In this document: piece after piece, positions 55,537 to 64,000 of the stretch | Numbering within the stretch: position 1 is the first letter of the stretch | How the letters are laid out: every line of letters starts with the position of its first letter | Assembly: GCF_006345805.1 (NCBI RefSeq) | Contig: NC_043017.1 | Location: 11,222,001 to 11,286,000 of the forward strand | Direction: 5' to 3' | DNA: 64,000 bases | Origin: Octopus sinensis | Taxonomy: Eukaryota | Notes under the pieces: model-generated | The model's database searches: none | The model's input: the letters and a program-made list of their open reading frames with translations, nothing else | What the model was told of the DNA's origin: nothing | Program-made: the position numbers and the translations under genes

Positions 55537-55767
55537 GTAAAGTTCTACTCTGAGACTTGTCTTCATTATTAGTAAAAACTATTAAGGGTGATGAGCGGGC
55601 AGAATTGTTAGCAGGCCAGGCAAAATGCTTAGCGGTACTTTGTCTGACTTAACATTCCGAGTTCAAATGTTGCTGGGGTTGATGTAATTAATTTACTCAC
55701 CCCCTAAAACTGCTGGCCTTGTGCCAAAATTTGAAACTATTATCAGTAAAAACTATTGCACTGATTT

Positions 55768-56554
55768 ACCCTGCACATCAAAATTGCTGGCCTGATGCTT
55801 TGATAGGAAGAAAATTATTTTACCATATTTACCATATTTGATGGCATAAAAGACCCACCACCACCACCAATTTCAGGATTGCTTTATTCAAGAAAAAAAG
55901 TATATTTAAGCTTGTGGGACGCTCAACTTTGCAGATAGGGTCCAAGGCAATATTCTGGGGCTTATTTCAGTCAACTTTTTAATACAAGATGCCCATCTTG
56001 TTGCCAAACTATGCATTTCGGGGAACTAGGTTTTTTTTTTGTCTTTTTTAATCATTTCACTGTTTTCCAAAAGTGCTGAGTGCTTGGTCATAATGTCAAC
56101 AAGTTTAAATATCCTGTCACTGTTTTGCTTAGACAGTGACCAGGGAAATCTTAAAATGTTGACATTCTGCTTTTTCTCTCTCACATACACACAAAAGAAA
56201 ATTTGGCTACCTTCCATACAGTTTCAATCCATCAATTCCATACACATGACATTGGTTGGTGCCATGGTTCCACAGTGGGACTGAAACCCAACTCCTTGTG
56301 TTTATGAAGTGAGCTTCTTAACCACACAGGTACACCTGTATGGCAATGAAATCTGGGGAATAAATGTATAAAAAAAATGGAAACAAACCAAAAAAAAACC
56401 ACTGCAGGAATTAGGGAGACATCTGGGTTTTGAGCTGTGCTGTGCTGATTATGTGAAGTGTTGAATATAAGGCCATCGTGAAAGTGGCTTATAGCAAAAG
56501 AAAATAATTTTCTTCCTGTCAAAGCATCAGGCCAGCAATTTTGGTGTGCAGGGT
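55768..56554. repeat. 54-bp inverted repeat pair (55768-55821 and 56501-56554)
   Basis: 52 of 54 positions complementary by manual comparison. Confidence 0.85.
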
Positions 56555-56711
56555 TGGGTTAATTACATCAAGTCCAGACAGGTTGGACAAAACACTTTGC
56601 AGAATTTCTTCCAGCCCTTTACGTTCTGGGTTCAAATTCCATTATGGTTGACTTTGCACTTCATCCTTTTAGGGCCAATAAAATAAGTATCAATCAAGTA
56701 CTTTTATTTGG

Positions 56712-56930
56712 GAGGGGATGGGACTGAAAAGTTCCTGGTTTTGGGTAAAAGAACATACAGGAGGATCAGTTAATTATGGTTTTGAATAACATATTCCCCT
56801 CTTAGATTCACACATTTATTGCAGTGGTCCTTCAGTTTTTCTAAGCCCTGTAAAAGAACTCGGAAGGTTGGGCCTCCAACCAGGCCTTTCGCAATCCCCT
56901 TAAAGCCAGAAACTTTTCATCACCCCCTCT
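56712..56930. mobile_element. mariner-derived MITE
   Basis: imperfect TIRs GAGGGG...TGAAAAGTTCCTGG / CCAGAAACTTTTCATCACCCCCTC. Confidence 0.65.
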
Positions 56931-57573
56931 TATGTAATTGACTTATTCCTCCCCTAAAATTCTTGGCCTTATACCAATATTTAAAACCATTGCTCTTATT
57001 ATGAAGGCAGTGAGCTGGCTGAATCTCTGGTGTGTTGGACAAAATGGTTAGCAGCATTCCTTCTGGCTCTATGTTGTGAATTTAAATTCTGCTGAGATCA
57101 ACTTCGTCTTTCATCTTTTCGAGATAAAGAAACAATGAAGTACCAATCAAGTCCTAGGGTTGGTCTGAATGACTTATCCCTGCCCTTAATTGTTCCAAAA
57201 ATTGAAATCATTATTATTATTATTATTATTATAAAAAGAGAAAGGGGCTCTCTACCCCGCTTTCAACCAGGCTCCTGTGACTTTTATGGGCTTTTCCACG
57301 TGAGACCTTTTCTTTTTTCGAAGCGTCTCCTCTATTGGGAGCTTCATAAATTGTTGAATTTTTTCGTTGTTGTAAAGCTTGTTTACACGGACTTTTTTCT
57401 TTCGAAAAACGGTCAAAACCTTTTGTAACCTTTCGTCCTGTTTTTGTCCCTTTATGTTTTCCAATCATGTTTGTCAGCCCTTGTGGCCAATAAAAAGAAT
57501 TAATTATTATTATTATTGTAATTTGATTATTTTTTATTTTTATCGTATGTTTTTTTTTATATATTTATTATAG

Positions 57574-57717
57574 TCTCGAGAACTGGAAATTGCCATTCAC
57601 TGGCGAGACTGGCGTCAAATGTGTGCTATAAAATTTTTAAGACTTGAAGATTTCCTTGATAATCAAAGACACGGCATGGCAATACATTTAGAACCGCAAG
57701 GAATTTTATTTGCTGAA
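57574..57717 (+). CDS. PKN: PKN exon, C2-like domain ([48 protein letters not shown])
   Basis: ttatAG acceptor, GAA|GTAAAA donor; close match to the PKN2-type [29 protein letters not shown]...LEPQG.LFAE; phase 0 to 0. Confidence 0.97.
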
Positions 57718-58046
57718 GTAAAAACATTTTTGTTTTTGTTTTTTCTATTTCTTCCTTACCAACTAAAATATAATTTATTTGATTTTATTAAGTCATATTA
57801 ACCTTTTTGGTACCAATCTACCTGAAACTACCCCTGTTTTAAAATAATTTCATTCAAAATTTTCCATCAACATTCTTTGAAATTTAATTTTCACACACCA
57901 GCTTAATAAATGACAAAGTTATTTTGCCAAATTCTTCATTCTTTTCAAAATTCATTGAAACTAAGGCAATGTATTTTGTCAGATATATGGTAACAAAAGG
58001 GTTAAAGTGATCTAAATTAATACCTACCATCAAAATTTCATGTTAT

Positions 58047-58081
<35 letters not shown>

Positions 58082-58712
58082 GTATATAAATATATTGATG
58101 TATATTATGTTGGTGTTAATTAAGTGAAACTTTGTGATAATAAGCTCACCATCATTAGCAGTAGCAGCCAAAAATCAGTGAAGGGAAATAACTCAATATT
58201 CTACAAATAACTAATAATCTATGGCGAGCTGGCAGAGTCGTTAGCATGCCGGGCGAAATGCGTAGCCATATTTCGTCTGCCGTTACGTTCTGAGTTCAAA
58301 TTCCGCCGAGGTCGACTTTGCTTTTCATCCTTTCAGGTTTGATAAATAAAGTACCAGTTACGCACTGAGGTCGATGTAATAGACTTAATCCCTTTGTTTG
58401 TCCCCGTTGTGTTTAGCCCCTTGTGGGCAATAAAGAAATAAATAATCGACAAGAATATGCCAGGCCATGGGGGAGATATTACCTTGCTTAGAAATAGGGA
58501 AGGACTAGTGAAAGAAAATGTATCTGTTTCTGGAAAATCTATGTCAGTAAAATTCTGACCCAGGCAAGCCTGGAAAAGTGAGCATTAATATGATGACGGT
58601 AATACATACATATGTGTATGCGTGTGTGTGTGTGTGTGTATGGCCCAGACATCAATCACCATTTGTTTAAGAAGTTTGATGATGATATCCTTCTATGTGT
58701 GTATAAGTAGAT

Positions 58713-58748
<36 letters not shown>

Positions 58749-59052
58749 TTCAGAAAATAGAGATGATTAAATTAATAATTATTTATTAATTACAAAATTG
58801 GACATCATCTCTGACAGCTGTTTCCGTTCAAGACTCTAGAAACTAATTAGTGTAATTAAAAACATTTTGAAGTTGAATCTCATCGGAGGCGGAAAAAGAT
58901 ACACCCTTACATTTTCATATCATTGTGTGTTGAGTATAGGGAGCAAATCAGGGGATTTCCTCCCTGCACATGTTTATAACTCATGACAGTTTAAATAAAT
59001 GGATGATAGGTGAATCAACAAACTAATACATGTATATATATAGTATGTATAT

Positions 59053-59414
59053 GTCGGTGACACGTAAAAGCACCGTCCGTTCGTGGCCGTTTGCCAGCTC
59101 TGTCTGGCCCCGTGTCGGTGGCACATAAAAGCACCATCCGCTCGTGTTTGTTGCCAGCCTCGGCTGGCCCCGTGCCGGTGACACGTAAAAGCACCATCCG
59201 TTCGTGGCCGTTGTGCCAGCTCTATCTGGCACCTGTGCAGGTGGCACGTAAAAAACACCCACTACACTCGCGGAGTGGTTGGCGTTAGGAAGGGCATCCA
59301 GCCGTAGAAACACTGCCAAATCTGACGGCCTGATGAAGCCTTCCGGCTTCACAGACCCCAGTTAAACCGTCCAACCCATGCTAGCATGGAAAACGGACCC
59401 TAAATGATGATGAT
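59053..59414 (+). mobile_element. family C copy with three ~57 bp 5' subrepeats
   Basis: repeated GTGRCACGTAAAAGCACCATCCG...GCCAGC...GGCCCCGTG unit, then family C body and (GAT)n. Confidence 0.75.
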
Positions 59415-59483
59415 ATGTATGAAATACCTCAAATGTATATATTTAGAACTTTTGAATTTGTATATTTATATTTATATTTCCAG

Positions 59484-59559
59484 ATAACATTTTTGAATCC
59501 AACTATTCCCAGAAGGCCAAAATTGCAAAGACAGCGTCGTATTTTCCCTAAACATAAAG
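59484..59559 (+). CDS. PKN: PKN exon (ITFLNPTIPRRPKLQRQRRIFPKHK)
   Basis: tttccAG acceptor, AAG|GTAACA donor; RRPKLQRQ.RIF autoinhibitory/pseudosubstrate region of PKN; phase 0 to 1. Confidence 0.96.
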
Positions 59560-60431
59560 GTAACAATTTTTGAAACATTGCTGCATTTAATAAAGTAAAA
59601 CTTTGTTAGTCTCAGGAAGCTAAGTAGCAGCTTCTGTGAACAGGAATCAGTTGAATGTGGTCTGGTCTTCTAATGGCTTTTTTTTTGTTGTTTTGGTCTA
59701 AGATTGGAGAAGAAACTCCAGGATTTTCTTCCCTTTGTGGAACACAAAACTGCTCAGATTTTGTAAAATTATCAATTTATTAAAAGGGATTCTTTTAAAA
59801 AAAATATGGTAAATATTTGCATATTTAAGCAACATTGAATGATCTTAACCCTTTTGATACCAACTTTCCTGAGGCCGGCCTTTGTTCTATGATACAGACT
59901 TCTTGTTTTAAAAGCATCTGAATTAAAACCTTTCACCAAAATCCCATATTTATTTATGTTCATAACATAATGACAAAGTTATTTTACTAAATTCTTCATT
60001 ATTTTCAAAATTAATTGAAACAAGGGTCTCATATTTCACTAGAAATGATCATTTATTGTCTGTTTTCTGTGTTCACATGAAGTGGGCAGTTCAACAGGAT
60101 CCAGCTAGCCTGAAGGGTGCATTGGTCCCTTATGCCTGCTTTGGCAGGGTTTCTATGACTGGATAACCATTCTAAAGCTTACCAGTTCATACAGTGTATT
60201 GGGTGCTTTTTTGTGGCACCAGCACTAGTGTGGTCACCATGTAACTCACAAGACAAGTCCCTTTGACAGTGGGGGTGCAGTATTGAGGGAGGTGGTATTG
60301 GGTTTGATGTAGAGAGGCCAAAATGTGAAAGATGGACAGGAACAGGTGTCTTACTGTAGAAGAGATACATGACTACTCCCAGCAGGAATGGGAGAAATGA
60401 TGGTGGAGATGAAGTATGGCATATACCCTCA

Positions 60432-61029
60432 AGGCGAGCTGGCAAAATCGTTAGCAATCCAGGCGAAATGCTTAGCGGTATTTCGTCTGCCGCTACGTTC
60501 TGAGTTCAAATTCCGATGAGGTCCACTTTGCCTTTCATCCTTTCGGGGTCAATTAAATAAGTACCAGTTATGCACTGGGGTCGATATAATCGACTTAATC
60601 CGTTTGTCTGTCCTTGTTTGTCCCCTCTATGTTTAGCCCCTTGTGGGTAGTAAAGAAATAGGTATTTACCCTCAAGTTACAAGAATATGGATGAAGAGTA
60701 AATTGGAGCAGTAAACTGATTCCAAAAGTGGGTTGGTCAGTAGATTCATGAAGGTGTGAAAGAACAACAAACAGTGGAGGTGGTAGGTGGTAATATAATA
60801 CATTAAGTGGACGGCAAGCTGGCAGAAACATTAACGCACCGGGCGAAACGCCTAGTGGTACTTCGTCTGTCATTACGTTCTGAGTTCAAATTCCGCCGAG
60901 GTCGACTTTGCCTTTCTTCCTTTCAGGGTCGATAAATAACGTACCAGTTTCGCACTGGGGTCAATGTAATCGACTTAATTCCTTGTTTGTCCCCTCTATG
61001 TTTAGCCCCTTGTGGGTAGTAAAGAAATA
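60432..61029 (+). mobile_element. two independent SINE family A copies (about 60432-60660 and 60808-61029)
   Basis: each has its own flanking direct repeat (TACCCTCAAG; ATATAATACATTAA). Confidence 0.85.
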
Positions 61030-61141
61030 TATAATACATTAAAAAAAACATAACAAAAGAGTTAAATTATAACATAATGATCTTTGTATATTACATGTTT
61101 TTTTTTTTCAATTGTGTCATGCTTTCTTTCTTGAATTGTAG

Positions 61142-61276
61142 GAAAAACTTTCTTACGACCTGGTCAAATGAACATCAATGTTGCAACTTGGGGTCGACTT
61201 ATGAAACGTGCTTTCCCATCTTTACCTCCAAACTGTGGTGAAGGTGGTGTGTACAGCCCACCTACTGCTAAACCAG
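61142..61276 (+). CDS. PKN: PKN exon (GKTFLRPGQMNINVATWGRLMKRAFPSLPP...TAKP)
   Basis: ttgtAG acceptor, CAG|GTAAGT donor; GK.FLR..QMNINVATWGRL is a PKN hallmark; phase 1 to 1. Confidence 0.96.
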
Positions 61277-62889
61277 GTAAGTCGTTTCATAACCGTAGCA
61301 AATTTTGATGCCTTGAAAACTCAGAAAGATGGTACCCAGAGCTAATGTAGGGTACCATAGTACCATCCCCAGAGTCAGGGTTTGGAATCTAACAACAAAA
61401 AGTGTTATTGTTGGTTTATAAGTGAATGATATAAAAGAAAAACCCAAAATATTGGAAAGAAATACCTTGGACAATGATGTGTTTGTTAATTTTAGATTGT
61501 GGCTTATGTGTCAGGAAGGATAGAAGAGAAGTACGGAGAAGATTATATTTTACTCCCATTTTTTCCATATTAGCAATGAGTGAGGTGGGCTGTTTTTATA
61601 TGAAATGTTCCATTGCCTTGTTGCTTGAAATGAAGTGTTACTAGCAGAGTTATGTACCTTGTTATGACGTCTGACACAACTTTTGTTCATCATCTCCTCT
61701 CATACTTTAGCTTTATTCGATACTTGGTTGCTACTTCATTTTTGAAGCAACTGACCTGGCATTATTTCCATGAAACAGTTCTGCGGTCAGATTTAGTACC
61801 CTCCATCTTTTATCATTTGTTCCAGTCATTTGTCTGCGACCATGCTGGGGCACCGGCTTAAAGAAATTTTAGTTGAATGGATTGGACTCTTTTTGCCAAT
61901 TGTTACAGGAATTTAAACACACCAGCACCAGTGGTCAAGCAGTTGTGGGGTCAAAGCCACACAACACACACACACATATATATACCCATACGATGGGGTT
62001 CTTTAAGTTTCTACCTACAAAATTCACTCGCTTGCAAGGTACAGGTCAGCCCAGAGCTATAGTAGAAGACACTTGCCCAAAGTGCCATGCCGTAGGATTG
62101 AACCGGAAACCATGTGATTGGAAAGCAAGCTTCTTACTACACAGCCGCACTTGTATGTAAAATTTTTATGTTTTTAATCCGTCCCTTTCTAATTAGATTG
62201 TAATTCGGTTGAGCAAAGTTGTGACAGGGATGACAATATATCTGAATCCCACCTGTAGGATTCTGGAACCTTGTATCAGTAGCAACATGGTTGTACTGGT
62301 CCCATGAACTCCACCATGTGCAAACCCGCCCTGCAGTCATGGGGTTGGATTTCTACAGGCAATTCCATTTATTTGCCATCCTAGGGCTACATTTATTCAA
62401 TAAGTGATATACTTTCTGAAAACAAATAAGTATAAGATCAATTTGATTAAAGTGGTTCTGAACCAGAGTCCACATTGATCCTTCAGGTCCACATAGATCT
62501 TCATGTTCACATGACCCTTCAGGTTCACATAAGATTTTGTTGTTAACATTTATTTGCAATAAGTTGGTTATATTCCAACAATACACAAAATATTTTGACA
62601 GTTTTTTCTGCAGTTCCTAATATTTAATTATAAGGGTATAAAAGGACTTTTTAAACATCAAATGGATATGAGGGTCCACCCGAGTAGAATAGGAATCAAA
62701 GGGGTTCATAAGTAATAGTCGAAGCAAACCCTTCAAGATGATGCCCCATCATGGCCACAGTCCAGTGACTGAATGAAGCAAAAGGTATTATTTATTTATG
62801 GCTTCGTTTGTGTTCAAGTCTCTTAAAAAGAAATAAAGATTTATTTTAAAACAACATTGTCAAAATTCCAAAATGGTATTGTTTTGCAG

Positions 62890-63044
62890 GAGGCATTCTT
62901 GCTCAAGATCGTGGTCCTCCAATTCATCAGTTGGAGTTTTCACCATTGCCATCATCACAAGAAAAAGAACCAGAGACAACACCTGCTCCCACGGAAGTTG
63001 TCACCACCCCACAGAAACCAGTTTCACCAATAAAAGAGATTGAG
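62890..63044 (+). CDS. PKN: PKN exon, Pro/Thr/Glu-rich linker (GILAQDRGPPIHQLEFSPLPSSQEKEPETTPAPTEVVTTPQKPVSPIKEIE)
   Basis: ttttgcAG acceptor, GAG|GTAAGG donor, open in the expected phase 1 to 0; composition fits the PKN linker. Confidence 0.88.
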
Positions 63045-64000
63045 GTAAGGATTTTTGGGTTTTGTTTTATAATTTGAAGAAATGAAAATCTGGTTTGTCC
63101 AATCTTTTTTACATGTTTTTGTCTTGGAGAAACAGTCTGCATTTATGATTTCTAATGTGTGTGTGAGCATACTCACACGTGCACACTACGCTTGGATTGT
63201 AGCCAAAAGTGGAGGCACATGGCCTAGTGGTTAGAGCAGCAGACTCGTGGTCAAGGGATTGCGGGTTCGAATCTCAGACCGGGCGATGTGTGTGTTTATG
63301 AGTGAAACACCTCAGCTCCAGCAGAAGGTAATGGCGAAACTTCTGCTGACTCTTTCGCCACAACTTTCTTTCACTCTTTCCTCCTGCATCTTGCAGCTCA
63401 CCTGCATCCAGGTGGGGAACCCATATGCCAAGAAACCGGGAAACCGGCCCTTATGAGCCAGGCATGGCTCGAGAAGGAACAAGCAACAACAAATTGTAGC
63501 CAAAAGGTTCTTATTAGCAGTTTGTCTCTCACCAAGGATATCCTATGGGAGGACAGGTCACAGTGTGTCCAGCTGTGGCCAGTCAGTCTGATGTGTGCTC
63601 AAAAGGTGTTTGCTGCAGGTCAGGCATTGGTGGTCTGTTGGGAGTGAAGGCAAGGAGTCGGATCGGGACTTGTGCTGGCGGCATGTGTAAAAGGATTCAA
63701 GTGAGGTCGTTGCCAGTACCGCCTGACTGGCACGCAAAAAGCACCCACTACACTTTCGGAGTGGTTGACGTTAGGAAGGGCATCCAGCTGTAGAAACTCT
63801 GCCAAATCAAGATTGGAGCCTCGTGCAGCCATCTCGTTCGCCAGCCCTCGGTCAAAATCGTCTAACCCATGCTAGCATGGAGAGCGGACGTTAAACGATG
63901 ATGATGATGATGTTTTCTTTTGTGCCTCTGCAATTCTCTTCTGTTGGTGCAGCTTCGCCCCAAACAGGGCAGTTTTATGTTTCTCAGGTGTTAGGATTGA

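Overview
AT-rich, microsatellite- and SINE-dense animal DNA; the repeat content looks cephalopod (Octopus-like), which is an inference. The window holds nine consecutive + strand coding exons of a protein kinase N (PKN/PRK) gene: HR1b, HR1c, the C2-like domain, the pseudosubstrate region and the start of the Pro-rich linker. All eight introns between them are GT-AG and the phases join into one open frame; the gene starts upstream and the kinase domain lies downstream. The most interesting signal is in the 24.7 kb phase-1 intron that splits the C2-like domain (30728-55426). It contains small, stop-free, splice-site-bounded segments of 81, 33 and 45 nt that are symmetric phase-1, a 4-nt microexon candidate that would switch to the frame of a 162-nt acidic exon, and a possible alternative terminal exon. 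Together they suggest a combinatorial splicing module; this is unverified without RNA data. The rest is four tRNA-derived/RTE-tail SINE families, piggyBac- and Tc1/mariner-type MITEs, a decayed mariner, CR1/RTE/Helitron fragments, decayed Penelope-type hammerhead motifs, local tandem duplications and two long inverted repeats. Most ORFs in the supplied track are microsatellite or SINE artefacts.
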